A DNA stretch of 64,000 bases from Mytilus trossulus (GCF_036588685.1 NC_086380.1:33594313-33658312), one strand, 5' to 3'; shown: positions 11,861-26,370, counted from the first letter of the stretch. Notes: generated by a model from the letters alone, not told the origin. Made by a program: numbers and translations.

Positions 11861-12349
11861 AAAATTAATAGATATAGGAAGATGTGATGTGGTTACAATT
11901 GCGCAATTATTTACAATGCATTTTCCATAGGGTACCCTGTCTCTTTGAATCCTAATAAAAAAAAAGTACATAAATTGCAGAGAAACCAAAGCCAGAATCT
12001 GAAAGGAGACATACTAAGAATTTATTTCAGTAAAAAAAAACAACATGCTTATGCGGCGGAAATTGCCTTAAATAGCTGTTGTTATGGACGCTTCCAAAAT
12101 CCGCACTAAATGACATAGCAAAATTTTCAGTCAACCTATTACCACAAAAAAAATATTTCCACAGAGAATACTAAATCAATCATTCCAAATTGTTACTATT
12201 TTTGCACAAAAATGGTTTATCTTTCATAAAATCAATAAATTGAAGGTATACCATCCAATCAGAAGCCTCATAGATTTTTTTCCTTACTACCATCTTGGGT
12301 TCAAAAACTTCCTGGTGAAATGTAAACAAATAATTGCGCAATTGTAACC

Positions 12350-12920
12350 ATGTGATCAGTGCCAATGAGAGATCATGAGACAACTCTCCATCCAAATAAC
12401 AATTTAAAAAAGTAAACCATTATAGGTCAATGCAATGCCTTCAACACAGAGCCTTGGCTTACATCGTAACAGACCACTTTCGAGTTTGTCCTTCACAGGA
12501 AAAAACTTGTCAATTATGCGCTCCGGTGTGACTTCATTTACCAGATAGACTGGATCGACTGTATTCCTGCACTATAAATGGTCAACAAATTGGTAAAATT
12601 ATCAATGTGCAAGAACTTTTTAATTGTTCATTCATTGTGAAATGGCAAATTTATTTTACGTTTTTCCATGAATATATAATAATACATCCCCCTTTTACGA
12701 CCCTCTTTGTTCTGTATGTAATTAATCACAAGGACAGCTGTGCTGAAAGACAATTTATATGAGAATTCAATTTGCTGAACAATTTGTATAATATGGCTTT
12801 ATAGTTTTTCAACCACACACTCAACATTGGAAAGGAAGTGACAACGCTTATAAATGCAAGAATTATGTTTAAAATCAGAGTTTTTGACAGAAATATATCG
12901 AACTTGAAAGTTGTCTATGT
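12350..12920. mobile_element. SINE/MITE-like family, near full-length copy (head plus body)
   Basis: The head matches 11690-11860 and the body matches 361-790. Confidence 0.6.
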
Positions 12921-13774
12921 GACTTCACAATGCATTCTTAATAGTTTGAAAAATGAGAGGAGGATATGTATGTGAAATCCAAATAAAAGTTATTGTCGAT
13001 TATTTTTAAAACTGTAATCATTTCTAATTAGAACTCTGACATGACTGAAGCATTATATTTTATATTTCTTTTTGTTTATATTCTGTCCCTATACTATCAT
13101 GACTATTGTGATTTGGAGATGAATGACGATTTAATGTGTGATAAAGTCAAGAGAGTAGCAAAGGCCTTAGCGATAACAAAAGTTGGTGAATGTTGGAATA
13201 CAAAAGAGAGTTGAAGATAGTTAGTGTCATAGAGAATGGATGTGTCTCTTTATTTAATATGTTTATATATATGTAAATTAGTTTTTAAAGCCAGTGTCTA
13301 TGAATAGCCCTATGACAACTATTGATCTGTTTTAAATGTGTGTTCCCATTTCTTTCTTCAACAGTGTCTGGGTGCTGACACAATGATCATAGCTAAACAA
13401 TGTACAGGTGTATGAAACAAATGATTTGAAGATAGATTTTCTGTCAAAGTTTCATTTTAGGATTCAATTTCAATTTTATCCCCAGTCAAGGGTTGTAACC
13501 TGTTGCCTCTCACTTTACTATAACTGTCAGTGTAACATGAAAGTGGCACTTAAAGTGGTCATCTTTTTGTCTTCTATCTATATAGCTCACTTTGCCTTCG
13601 ACAATGACCCTTATGATCATCATGAATACATGTAGCCCATGTTAGTACTGAAGATAATTTGTCATGAGATGATATCACGGAAAAGGTCTCTAATCTGTAG
13701 TGCTCAAGGCTCTGAAGTTTGTCATTTCAATTAATAAAGAAATGTGATTAGCCTTATCATTTATTTGTTATCTG

Positions 13775-13925
13775 GTACAGGGGTGGATCCAGCTTTTTTA
13801 AAAAGGGGGGTTTCCAACTAAGGACAAAGGGGGGAGTCAAACTATATGTCCCCTTTCAAATGCATTGATTGTCCAAAAAAGGGGGGTTCCATCCCTAGGA
13901 ACACACTGGATCTGCCACTGTGGTA
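13775..13925. mobile_element. CAGTGGCGGATCC-TIR MITE, copy 2
   Basis: ggtggatccagc…atgcattgattg…ctggatctgccactgtgg. Confidence 0.45.
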
Positions 13926-16838
13926 CTTCAGAAAGATGGTAAAAAGTAAAATCACGAAAATACTGGGACAGCAAGAAGGTAAATTAATAGATTTTTTTCA
14001 CCACCAATCAGACAACTATAAACTGATGTAATTTCTGTCATCTAGCTTCAGATTTTATAAATGAGGTACCAAAAGAAAGAAGAAAGATTGATCTTTCAAA
14101 TGGTGAATGATAATTTCATTACAACATAATTATTATGTAATTAGTTGCTATATTGTGATGTCCACACTTGAATGAAATTAGCTTCTTTGTTATTCATAGC
14201 ATCCCAAAATATTTTATAGATTCTTTTACAACAGACATGACAGAGTGACCTCCAAAACTGTGTCTCAGATTTTCCCTATTTTATTCATTCTCTCATTAAT
14301 AAAACCTTCAATGCAGTATGAAAACTCAATTCATAAGAGATCACTAAATTGGTTAATAAATTTGTTCTATTGATGTTTTGAGAAATCTAAGATAGGGTTT
14401 GAAGAAAGTATAAAAAATATTTATTTTATTATAGTGTCACATATTGATTGACAATATTTACAAATCACAGTATTCAATATATATATAGCCCTCACCTGGA
14501 GAACTGTTTTAATTAGTTTTATCATACTTATATTCCTTCTCAAAGAAACAAAAAAGATTTCGTAAAATAAATGTTGTTTATCTTTTATGTCAACTAAATA
14601 GTACAAAATGTTTACATTATAAAAATATTTTTGATATGGATAAAATTTTGTTGTAAACACTATATTAAAGTTTTGAGTTTTATGTCAGTACTTGTAAACC
14701 AAAAAAAACAATCATATATATCAATTGAATTATATAAACAGTAACTTGTTATAACCAGCAACAAATGAAAAATCCAATTGACGTAAATAGGTAAGCTGGT
14801 TGTGAAATCCCCATTTCTATTTTTAGACTTTACTGTATATTCTGGAAGTATTGCACCACTCATTGCTGACTAAGGTCAGTTATTTGTTTGAGCCAGCATT
14901 TTTATTACGCATAAATTGGAGAGCTTTTATGTGAGTAAATTATTTAGCAAAATGTTTAGATGGTAGCTATACACATTTTGTCAACTGTTTGAAGTTATAA
15001 TGTAACCAAGCATGTAGCATTTGACCTACATTGATTATTTATCTGCACTCTGGAACAAGTCACCAACTGAAAGTTAATTTTGTAAGTTTAGTTACTTTTT
15101 TTACAAATTATAGAAGGATTATATTGAAGAAAATTTTTTGAATTTATGAACTTGAAATATTTATATTCCGACATGATAATGCTGCAAAGTTAAATTTCTA
15201 ATTTTTTATAGTAGCTACTGTACATGTAGCTAGATTTCTCATAAAAAAAAATTACTGTGATTTTATTTTAGTCAAAATATAACTGTGTAAATACATTTTT
15301 TTCTCAAGCTGATTACTTGCTGAAAGTTTACCACTCATCATCAAAGGTACAAAACAATTAAGCCGGTAGACGGAAAATGTTTTTTTTATACATTAATAAC
15401 ACAAGGCCATGACATATAGCTGATTTTACCCAATGAAATAATGATAGCACAAGGAATCAATTTAATATAAAAGGAAATAAAAACCTTGACTATTTCCTAT
15501 TTTTCTATTCCAATACAATCATTTAGCATGTTTTAACAGATATGCAAAGGTACACAGTGATTTAAACATGATTGCTTATAATACAAGTGTGTGTCAAATT
15601 ATAATCACTAAAATCAATATTTATATATATCCTAGTAAATAACTTGAATGCTTGGTTGGGTACATATTGATTAGCTCAGGAAGGTTAAAGTGTACTTATT
15701 GTGAATAGTATGTTTGGCTCGTATCCAACCAACCTGTAAATCCTTTCATTAGTGTCAGCATTTTATCAGGTAAGCTCTTGACATAATAAAAATATATATA
15801 TGTCTGCATAATTTTCACACATTTTTCTCAAATTATACAAAAGATATATATAATATGCAACTAAATTTTTAACCGTATTCTTTAAACAGTGAAAATTAAA
15901 GGTTCAAAATGTAGGACAAAAATTAATGCTGATCAATTAAGTAAAATCAAATGTAAGGTATATATTTCATAATTTTTCTTTTGCTTTTAAAATGTATGAC
16001 TTCTTAAAGATGTTATAGGTTTGATAAAGTATAATACATGTATATACTTAATCTTGATAAGAGCATATCTAGATCATATGATTGCCAATGAAAAAACTCC
16101 CACCCTTCATCTGTCATCTTCGTTTTATGTTAATGTAATGTTATAAGTCAGCTCAGGGCCTGAGGATCTTAAGGTCATTTGGTCCAAATATATTGTATTG
16201 GATAGACGGACCGAGACCACAATTGTCGTCCCTTGATTTTCGTTGTTCACGAATATAGTACCTAGTGTTGACAGTGGGTTACTTGCCATTAATTTTTATA
16301 CCCCTTCCAAATTTATTTCTCCATGTTTAAAGCCTCAAATTGCAAGAAGGGGGGAGGGGGGGTGGGAAATTACATTGCCTTTCCTAAATACTACCTGCAT
16401 CAACTTTCATTAAACTAATACCTTTTTGTAATAAGACATCTATAATTTTTAGGTGGTGCAAATTGTTTTTTGCTTTGTGAGTCCATTTGTCTGTTTGTCA
16501 GTCTGTTTAAGTAAGAGCATCTGTGTACTACATGTAAGGACACATTCTTGTTTTATTTATTTGATGGTGATCTGACAGTTTGCAGAGAATCTCACTATAA
16601 ATGCAGATAAAAAATGTGTAAAATTAATAAAATCTGCTTCAGTCTGACAAGTGTTCTCTATAAATTCATGTACACAGCAGTCCATCAGTGTTGTCCTATC
16701 AAAGATTATACTAGCATTTTTTTATTAATGTCACAAATGACATAATGTTAAAAAATGGTTTAGTCGGTGAGGTATTAAACCACTAAATGATTAATTATTT
16801 TTAATTATAGATAATATTGTAATACATCCACCATCATC

Positions 16839-16978
16839 ATGTCTGCACCAAGGAGATCAGCCGATGAGCCTATCTACAGAATACCACCATATTATTATTT
16901 ACATGTATTGGACCAAAATCTAAACATCACAAGACTAGAGATTGGTCCACAGACCTTCATTAGACAAGACAATGAAAG
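16839..16978 (+). CDS. MVP: MVP-A exon 1 ([46 protein letters not shown], phase-2 end)
   Basis: ATG at 16839, donor gtaagg at 16979. Confidence 0.8.
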
Positions 16979-17363
16979 GTAAGGACTTTTTCTATAGAGT
17001 GCTTCCACTTAACAAAAGGACCACCTACATATCTTGGACATATGTTTGATCAGAACCTTGAAAAAACAGAACTAGAAAAATTCCATAGACCTTTCTTTTT
17101 AATGTAAGGCCATGAAAGACAATTTTGTGTAATCACTACTAACTACTTCATTATATACAATGAACAATTATTCTTGATATTATTCTGCAATTTTTATTCA
17201 CAAAAAGAAGGAATTGTTTTTAATTAATGAAAATTATATTAATTTTTAAGTTTTTTTTCTTTTTACCTGTTTAAATTATTATTCTTACATTTCTCTAAGC
17301 TATTACTGTAATCCAAAGGGAAAAGCTAATGTATCATATACATGTGCATTTTTTTACTTACAG

Positions 17364-17559
17364 AGTTGTATATGGACCTGAGCGTATGATCACTGTCCCC
17401 CCAAGGCATTATTGTATTATTGAAAACCCAGTACTGAAAGACAAAGAATGTAAAGTTGTTTTTGACGAAAGTGGACAGGCCAAACTTGTACATGCTGACC
17501 AGGAGATTAGATTGGCACAGGATCCTTTCCCACTGTACCCCGGGGAAATACTGAAACAG
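17364..17559 (+). CDS. MVP: MVP-A exon 2 ((R)[65 protein letters not shown])
   Basis: Acceptor tttttacttacag, donor gtatga. ORF-track frame 17329-17565. Confidence 0.9.
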
Positions 17560-18462
17560 GTATGATGTACCATTATGCTACACTTTGTTTTCATGTACAA
17601 TGTATTACTGTATGGCAATTATGTTGGCAGGGTGTGAATTTTTGCTTATTTTAGTGGATAGAACAAAATTGCCAAAATAAATTCCTCCTATATAAAAGTT
17701 ATCATGCAAAGGTATTGATAAAATGGTTGAATCCACCATAACAATAACCACCAAAGTATTTCGTATACCTTATTCAATGAAAATCGCAAAATTTACTTCG
17801 CTATACAGTATATTGTAACTTTACTGGTATAATTATTGTCAACTTCATGGAGAGGAAGTTTCATATTGAGGACAAAAGGATCTGTTTTGCTATCTAGCGA
17901 ATCAGTTGCTACTTTCATCGCTGGCATAATTGCTCAATTGCAAGGGATTTTGTAAGCATTTATCTGCTAGTCAGATGATAACATCTGCTTTTGAAATATT
18001 AACAGATACAATTTGAATAAGATCTGAGGAAATTGACTTTTTGAATTTAAGAGTCATGCTTTTGTTATTAATGCATTATAAAATATGTCAGGATGTTGAA
18101 AGCAACTTTTGTAAAATTAAAATTGAAAAGGAAGTAATCATGTTTACAAGGTAAAATGAAGGTCTTGTTTCTATATAGTACAGGTAACATTTAAAATTTG
18201 TTATTAAATCAACATTGATCAGTAGAGTGACAAGGAAGTAAGATGTCTTAGATGTTTAAGTTGATAGCACACACCTTTAAATGTCGTTCACCAAATTAAA
18301 ATGACATGATGTTCAATAGTTAAACTACTATTTTCAAGGTTAACAATATTATGTATGATTTAAATCTTCTTTCATTTTTTGATATTCATAATATTAGGGC
18401 TAGGTTATTATGATGCGAAAAGTGTTAGCAGCAAATTTTATTATCTCCCTTATTGTTTATAG

Positions 18463-18813
18463 GTTGTAACTCCCTTGAAAGTGGTAGCTGCCAACTCAGC
18501 TCTTCGGCTCAGAGCTATTTTAGACTTTGAAGATGACGATGAGGAAAAGAGAACAGCTGGGGATGAGTGGCTATTTGAAGGACCAGGAACATATATCCCC
18601 AGGAAAGAGGTTGTTATTGAGGAGACTGTCAGGGCCACAGTCATTAGACCTAATCAGGCCATTAGACTGAGGGCCAGGAAGGAGACTATTGACAGACAAG
18701 GTGTTGCTAGGGTAACTGGTGAGGAATGGCTGGTGAAGAAGACCGGAGCTTACCTCCCAGGAGCTTATGAAGAAGTTGTGGATGTTGTCAACGCCTATGT
18801 TCTAACAGATAAG
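18463..18813 (+). CDS. MVP: MVP-A exon 3 ([49 protein letters not shown]…NAYVLTDK)
   Basis: Acceptor tttatag, donor gtaaag. ORF-track 18475-18828. Confidence 0.9.
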
Positions 18814-19163
18814 GTAAAGAGGCTGTAGAGGGTACATAAAATGTCTTTTTGTGGAAACATGAAAGTAAAAAATTCAAATTTACAGTGAAATTATATAAGC
18901 ACATTATTGTACCAGCACAAAATTTAGGTAGATTTTAATTTAGAAAAAAATAGATGGCATTTGATGTTTGTTTAGGCAAGACCCTACAATACCTTATAAA
19001 AGGTTACTATCTATAATACATGTTATTGAGAGGAGAAAAACCTATAGAATAAAGAGTAAATCATACCAAAAATATACAGTACTCCTTTAATTGATGATTC
19101 TAAATATGTTTGGAGGAAATATGTATATTAAAGTTATTAAATATTTTCTTTCACATCTTGCAG

Positions 19164-19289
19164 AAAGCCCTTCATATGAGGTCATTGAGAACATTTAAAG
19201 ATGACTTTGGTGTAACAAGAAAGAACGGAGAGGAATGGTTGATCAAAATGACAGACACAGAAACACACATACCTAATGTGTATGAAGAG
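19164..19289 (+). CDS. MVP: MVP-A exon 4 (KALHMRSLRTFKDDFGVTRKNGEEWLIKMTDTETHIPNVYEE)
   Basis: Acceptor tcttgcag, donor gtatgt. Confidence 0.9.
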
Positions 19290-19749
19290 GTATGTATCAT
19301 GTGTATTGCACTGGTGTAAAATAACACATAATAAGGTAGTCATATGTTCTTTGTATCAATTCAATATTAACTTACTGTACATGTCCATACAAGTAAATGT
19401 AATGTTTTCAATATCTTTAAACCAGCTGGTTAACTGGAACCATTTATACTTTTGCGTAACAAAATGATGGGGAAAAGTGTCAAACTTACGCAAAGCTTTA
19501 TAGAAAATGTAATTATAAATTGTACAAAATTGTCTGAAAAGGACTAATCCTTAAAAACTATCTCTGAAAAAAATTAATTGGTTTCCTTGTTTTAATCTCC
19601 AGAACCTCAGTTGATTGCACAGGGATCATTTTCTATAACCATAATTGATAAATGATTTACCTTAATTTTACATAAGGAACATTTATTTATGGAATGATAT
19701 CAATGTCTAGCTTCTGACTTTAATGGACATGACTTTATTTTTTCATCAG

Positions 19750-19860
19750 GTTGTTGGAGTAGTGAATATTACCACATTAACCAGCAGACAATACTGTATC
19801 ATCCTTGACCCTTCAGATGAGCATGGCAGACCACAACTTGGTAGAAAGAAGTTAGTTAAG
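19750..19860 (+). CDS. MVP: MVP-A exon 5 ([37 protein letters not shown])
   Basis: Acceptor ttttcatcag, donor gtatgg. Confidence 0.85.
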
Positions 19861-20171
19861 GTATGGTGAAAATTTGTTTCATGAGAAATAACCCCTTCAT
19901 TCTATTATCATGATTATAAAACAATATCAATTACTACTTTTACTTTACTTTAGGAACTGTGAAAATAATACAAACTTAGTGTGTACTGCAAAATACAATG
20001 CATTTAAAATTCTTCTTTTGGTTGGAATTTGATGTTTCTTATAATTTATTGATATAAAAAAGTTTTAATAACAGAAAATTCATTATTTTTTATCAAGGGT
20101 CACAGCTTCTCTTTATGGTGCAGAGAGAAACATTTGATTACAGTACTCATAATTTCAATTTTTTTTTATAG

Positions 20172-20297
20172 GGTGAGTGTTCATTCTTTTTGTTACCTGG
20201 AGAACGATTTGAGAGAGGAATCCAGAATGTCTACGTTCTGGGAGAAGATGAAGGTGTTATACTGAGAGCTACAGAATCATTTAAAGATACTGATGCT
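20172..20297 (+). CDS. MVP: MVP-A exon 6 ([42 protein letters not shown])
   Basis: Acceptor tttttttatag, donor gtaagt. Confidence 0.85.
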
Positions 20298-22899
20298 GTA
20301 AGTTTCACACATATTTAATAAAACCAAATATCTGGAAAGTCATAAATTGATATTGGTGTGTTGGGAGTGTAGGCCTCCTAGGTAGCTGGCACATATCTGA
20401 CATAGATTACAGCTGTTTCTGCTTAACTAACAGGGTATAAGTCATCTGTATATGATACAGTTTCACTCATAGATGAACGAGTGGTGGTATTAGGTCATTG
20501 AACTAACGTCATTAAAATGGAAATTTCTTAAATAGCATCCCCATGATGACTATGAAAAATCATAAGAACAACTAAAAAAATCAGAAAAGAGACTGAATTT
20601 CTTGGATACTTCCCCTTTACGAACATGTATCATGATGTTGACCATTTCTATATTTCTTGCATGCCTTCTTTGCATATTGTTGAACAAAAGTTGATGAATT
20701 TGACACAACTTTGAAATAATGAACCTTCTGTCATGATACAAATGTGGTAGGAGTGAATCTTTTGAAGAAATCTTATTTTATATATCAATGAAGTGAATCT
20801 GGTTATTTTGCAACCAAAAAATAGCATTGCTTTGAAAAGAAGACAATTAGATAAACTAACCTTTGTATAAAGGATAAACTTTGCCTTGAATAAGTGGTAC
20901 ATGTACTTTGAATACTGTACACTATAGAGTGACCACATATATTTCAAAGTTATGTCAAATGATTAGTTTGTTTTGTTGTAAAACATTTATTTACTCCGCA
21001 TGTTAATATTTTGTTGTATAACATTCATTTACTCTACTTGATAATGCTGTCTCCCTCTCTGTGCTCAATTCGCCATTTCAGAATCTAAGGGACTCTGGGT
21101 AATTTAATTGTTCATACATCTGAATAAAGTTTACATTACACAATTAGGTTGGATATTTTGGTGATTACCAAATAGGATGTTTTGTCATAAATTTGAAAAA
21201 AGAACATTACCCAGAATACATGACTGGTAGATTCTGAAATGGTAAATTGTAAAACAAGTTTGATCCTGAAAATTGTTACTAGAGTAGGTGAATTTAACTT
21301 TTTTGTTTATTTCAGACTGATGAAAAAGTAAGTCAACAAGTGCTTTTAGTGCTTTCAGTGCTTTGATCTAACTGTTATTCTTGTTATAAACATTTGCTAT
21401 AAGTAATGACCTGCTTCAGAATAGGAAGGGCCGCCTACAATTGTCTTGTGTTTTCAATGTGTGTGTGTCCTTTCTACCTGTTTTGCTAATGCGTTTTGTC
21501 CAGTGTTTTTTCTTATCAATATTATAGGAAGTCTTGAAATTGAATCATTCATTTTATTCAAAACAAGATTAATTGAATTACACAATATTGTGATAAGTTA
21601 ATTTCATAGATTTCCTGAAATAAAGTGTAATTCACCTGTTATTTTATTATTGCATTGGAAAGTGCTAGAATTATTTTGCATGTAATAAATATTAACTAAA
21701 GATTTCTTATAATTTGTGCTTCAATAACATAAGTATGTTTTATATTAGGTGCATATTTCAACCTCAATTCCATTGGGAGACTCCTATACTGTTTATACAA
21801 AAGTAAGTCACAGTGACTTAGCTTCGTAAATAGATATTTAAAAATTCAATGTTGTTTGAATATATTTGTTATATAATCTTTTGTTCAAGTTTTCAAAAGA
21901 AATTTTTAAAATCAAAGCATTTGAATAAGTTATTTTCAAAAACAATTCTTGAAACATAATAAATATTAATAAGCTTTATTCTCAAGAACCCATTCTTGGT
22001 ACAAAACAAATCAGCTATTTTCATGCTGTCATCTAATATTCATATCTGTTTAGCCTTTTATTGTCCCCAATATCAATGTAATACTTGCCACTGGACATAA
22101 AAAATTGATTCATTATTATTTGTTGGATTCCAATTTTCATGGGTTTTGTGAGTACAGGTGAACTATGATTCAAATGTTCAACACATTACAAATTTTCTAA
22201 TGGCTTCAAAAGCACAGATTGGCAATACCAAGAAATAAAATATCCACTTAAATGCAAATTATCCTGCATCAACCAAAATGCCTCAGATTGATTTAATTTG
22301 AGATGCACATTCTTGATATTTTCAAAGCTTTTTATTACTATTAAATCAGTTTGCTTGGTATTTATGCCATATCTGCTTGAACATAATAGTATATTCATTT
22401 TTTTTACATTTTCAAGACTTACATGACTAACACTGTTTGAGATTTCTATTCATTCAAATTTCAAAACACATTTCATCAAACTCCTTTACTTATAGAGACC
22501 TGTTTTCTGTGTTCATACTAAATCTGGCTTTAAAGTTCAATTTAATATAGCCTTCATGTAGCTTCACAGGGGTTCTATCTCTGAGCAATAAAATATTTTT
22601 CATGAAGTACAAGTTCAGTCCTTTGACAAAGTTTTTCTTAGTGCATTTAGCATGCTTATTGACTTAAGTTTTCACCTACAAGTTTTTCATTTCAACTTTA
22701 TACTTATATGGCTGCTTTTTAATGTAGAACTGTTGGTATTTTTATAAATACTATCAGTTTAAGTCTTCAGAAGTCATTTCTTTTCATACTAGCACATGAA
22801 AGGATCTATAGTCAAAACAAGATTTACAAAATCAAGATTCTGTTGGGAAAGATTTTTTATGACAACAAAGTTATTTATTATCAAACTTTTTTATTTAAG

Positions 22900-23049
22900 G
22901 ATGTTGAAAGGAAACCAGGAGATAAATGGATGATCAGGGGACCAGCAGAATATGTACCACCTGTAGAGGTCGAGGTCATCATGAAGAGAACTGCAATCCC
23001 ATTGGACGAAAATGAGGGTATCTATGTCAGAGATATTAAAACTGGAAAG
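22900..23049 (+). CDS. MVP: MVP-A exon 7 ([50 protein letters not shown])
   Basis: Acceptor ttatttaag, donor gttggt. The phase-0 junction is the same as in paralog B. Confidence 0.8.
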
Positions 23050-23494
23050 GTTGGTGTTACACATATATATATATACTAACATTAAAACTAGATATCACAA
23101 TAACAATTTTTTTTTTTTTTTAAATTCAAAAGTAAGATAACAATCTTTTTTAAATGGAATATTTGGCAAAATGAAGTTATTTTTTGAAGTGAGGATTTTT
23201 TCATGAATTTTGTTAAACAAAAAACAATCTATTTTGTATATAACCGAACAATTCTGAGAATTTTGTGTATGTTAGGAAACACCGGGGATCTCTATTTTGA
23301 CCAAAAAAAATAAATTATAAATGACGATTTGATGTATTGTTATGTTTTCAAAATACACTGGGTACTGTATATCATTATTGAGAGAACACACTTATAACCA
23401 TTTACATAGTAACATCTCCCGTCATCCATCAACGTTTGATATTGTCTTTTCACTAGTGAAGTTTTGACTAAGATTAACATTATACATATTATAG

Positions 23495-23733
23495 GTCAGA
23501 GCTGTAACTGGAGAAACCTATATGTTAAACCAAGATGAGGAATTATGGGCCAAGGAACTTCCTCCTGCAGTCGAGACCCTTCTTGCCCAAGGAAAGGACC
23601 CTATGGCTGACAGGAGTGACCGGTCCAAATCAAGCGATTCATCAAAACCAAGGGACAAGACTCGTGTTGTCACATTCAGAGTGCCACACAATGCTGCAGT
23701 ACAGATTTATGATTATAAAGAAAAGAAAGCCAG
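23495..23733 (+). CDS. MVP: MVP-A exon 8 ([24 protein letters not shown]…[29 protein letters not shown](R))
   Basis: Acceptor attatag, donor gtaaat, phase 2. Confidence 0.9.
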
Positions 23734-24376
23734 GTAAATAGTGCTTCATACTCAGTGTATACATTCCCTTATCCAACAGGCCATGAGCAGAATTAGGCCA
23801 GTCATTTAATTCATTACAATACATGAATATTGATTGAGTAGAAGGTACACATTGTATACCAACTTCTTTCAGGGCTTCAGTGGCTTAGTTGTCTAAGAGG
23901 TTCATATACAATCATCACAATCTTTCAATTTGAGGTTGCAATTTCATACTCAACGTGTTCTAACAAGTATGTTAGACGTCAATCTTAATCGACAAAAAAT
24001 GCCAGTTTTCCTGCTGAATATCAATGGTTTCTTTCATGATACTCTGGTTTCTTCCATCAACAAAAATTCTTTACTTAAGTCATTGTTAAGTGTTGATTAA
24101 CTTGGACATTTGAATCAGTATGATAAAAATAAATAGTTACTTAGTTGTGGAAATTCTCTTTATTTAGAGTTTTACATCTGTTATTTAAAGAATGAATAAT
24201 GTATGTTCATTGAAGATTATCAAAAGGAAGAACTCGTGTATGTCTATTGAAACTGTGTGAACAAATGATTATCATTGTTGAAACAGATTGTTATGCCCCT
24301 CTAGTGATTTTATTAAAAATTATCAAAACCCTTGGAATAAACAAATAATAGCCATGTAATTTTCTTTCTATTCTAG

Positions 24377-24719
24377 AGTTGTGTTTGGTCCAGAATTAGT
24401 TATGTTGGGTCCAGATGAACAATTCACACAGCTTAGTCTCTCTGGAGGTAAACCAAAGAAACAAAACGTTATCAAATCATTGTGTTTACTTCTGGGACCT
24501 GATTTCTGTACTGACATTATCACCGTAGAAACAGCCGATCACGCCAGGTTGTCACTTCAGTTATCATACAACTGGCACTTTGATATTAAAAATAAAGAAG
24601 ATAAGGCTGAGGCATCTAAGATTTTCAGTGTACCAGATTTTGTTGGGGATGCCTGCAAGGCCATTGCCTCCAGGATCAGAGGGGCCGTGGCACAAGTACA
24701 GTTTGATGATTTCCATAAG
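24377..24719 (+). CDS. MVP: MVP-A exon 9 ((R)[68 protein letters not shown]…QFDDFHK)
   Basis: Acceptor ttctag, donor gtatgc. Confidence 0.9.
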
Positions 24720-25500
24720 GTATGCTTAATGAACAAGTAGACCTGCATAGACACAGACATTACCACTGAAATATTTTTATAGGTCAAATTCATAAAATAA
24801 TTGTTTTACCTGTTGATTCAATATTCATAAATATTACGCATATAAAAATGAGTGTGGTATGATTGGCAATTAGAGTTCTCTTCACAACAGAGACAAAGTG
24901 GCATAGAATTTAACCTTGCATTTTAGTTTTATGAACAAATAGACATGAGCTAAAAATTGTCTTTCAAAATTATACTAAAGAATTATTTCCAAACTTTTCT
25001 CAAAATCCAGGGGTGGTGCTATAAACTCAAGACAATAAGAGAACCTCTCTTGAATATCCTTTGGTGTTCCCTGAGGCATATTGATATATACGGAAACTTT
25101 ATGTTTTTATTACTGCATAATATAACTTTTTCTCCTCAGGGCAAGGAGGGGCGTAAATAGGGGGAATCTGCACGGAAGAACACAAAATAAAATTGCCATT
25201 TCATGATGAACGAAAACTTAAAAGTTTCCTGCACGTTGATCTTTTTTACCGATTTCATGAAACACAGTGAATAACGAACTTTTTTCACGGCTGCACATGA
25301 AATAAAAATGGTAAAACACTTGGCATAAAAATAACCCTTTACCACCCTCGCAAAGGAGTGAATCAATCCTATCAAATAAAAAAAAATATATTATGCCATA
25401 CAAAAAAAATATACGATCACAAATAATCAGTACAGACTGAAAATTATCTACTGTGTACAGAAAAATTCAGAATTAAGAAATTTGCACATTTATGTTACAG

Positions 25501-25712
25501 AATTCTGCTAGAATCATCAGATCTTCTGTGTTTGGATTTGATGACAAAGACAAAGTGCGTGAAGTTTTCAAATTCCCCCAAAACAATTTGGTTTTCACCA
25601 GTATTGATATCCAGTCTGTAGAACCTGTAGATCAGAGAACAAGAGATGCTTTACAGAAATCTGTACAACTGGCCATTGAAATCACAACAAACTCACAGGA
25701 AGCTGCTGCAAG
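25501..25712 (+). CDS. MVP: MVP-A exon 10 ([70 protein letters not shown](R))
   Basis: Acceptor tatgttacag, donor gtagat, phase 2. Confidence 0.85.
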
Positions 25713-26370
25713 GTAGATAACTCTTCAGAAACTTATACTGGTATATTAAAAACACCAAATTATTGTACAGGAGACTACTGCAAAGTAGTCATTAAAACAC
25801 AGTTCAATTCAAGATGACTGTAGAATATTTATAAAATTGGAGATGTGGTATGATTGCCAATGAGACAACTCTCCACCAGAGACCAAACTACATAATAGTT
25901 AACAAATTAAGGTCACTGTATGGCCTTCAACAATGAGCAAAACCCATACTGCATAGTAAGCTATAAAGTGAATTCTAAGTCTGAGTACGTAAATCATACT
26001 CTAAATTTTTATAACCGCCTGGCCTGACAGTTGACTATAAGCTAGTGAGCTTATACAGATATTAGCTTACCATGTTCTAGAAAAATGCAATATATATTTT
26101 ATATCACAGCAATGTATATTTCCCCAAATTATGTTTGAAAATTTTCTGCTAAATGTTTAAATTTTCTTTATTCAAAACATGATACATGAATAGTGGCAAA
26201 AAGTTGGTTGCTTAATTTGTTTTGACTTACATATCATAATAAATAGAATGGGTCCTCATATGCAACTATTCCAGTCATAATTAGGTTCGATAACTCTGTA
26301 TGTGACTGGTTTAATTAGGATTATGTAAAATGTACTGGTTACCCGTGTAATGATTTCAAAAAAATATATA

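Noticed and set aside
21314-21325. 12-nt micro-exon (TDEK) in MVP-A intron 6
   Set aside because: The splice signals are good, but there is no counterpart in paralog B, and the reading frame already closes by joining exon 6 directly to exon 7. It is kept only as a finding to test.
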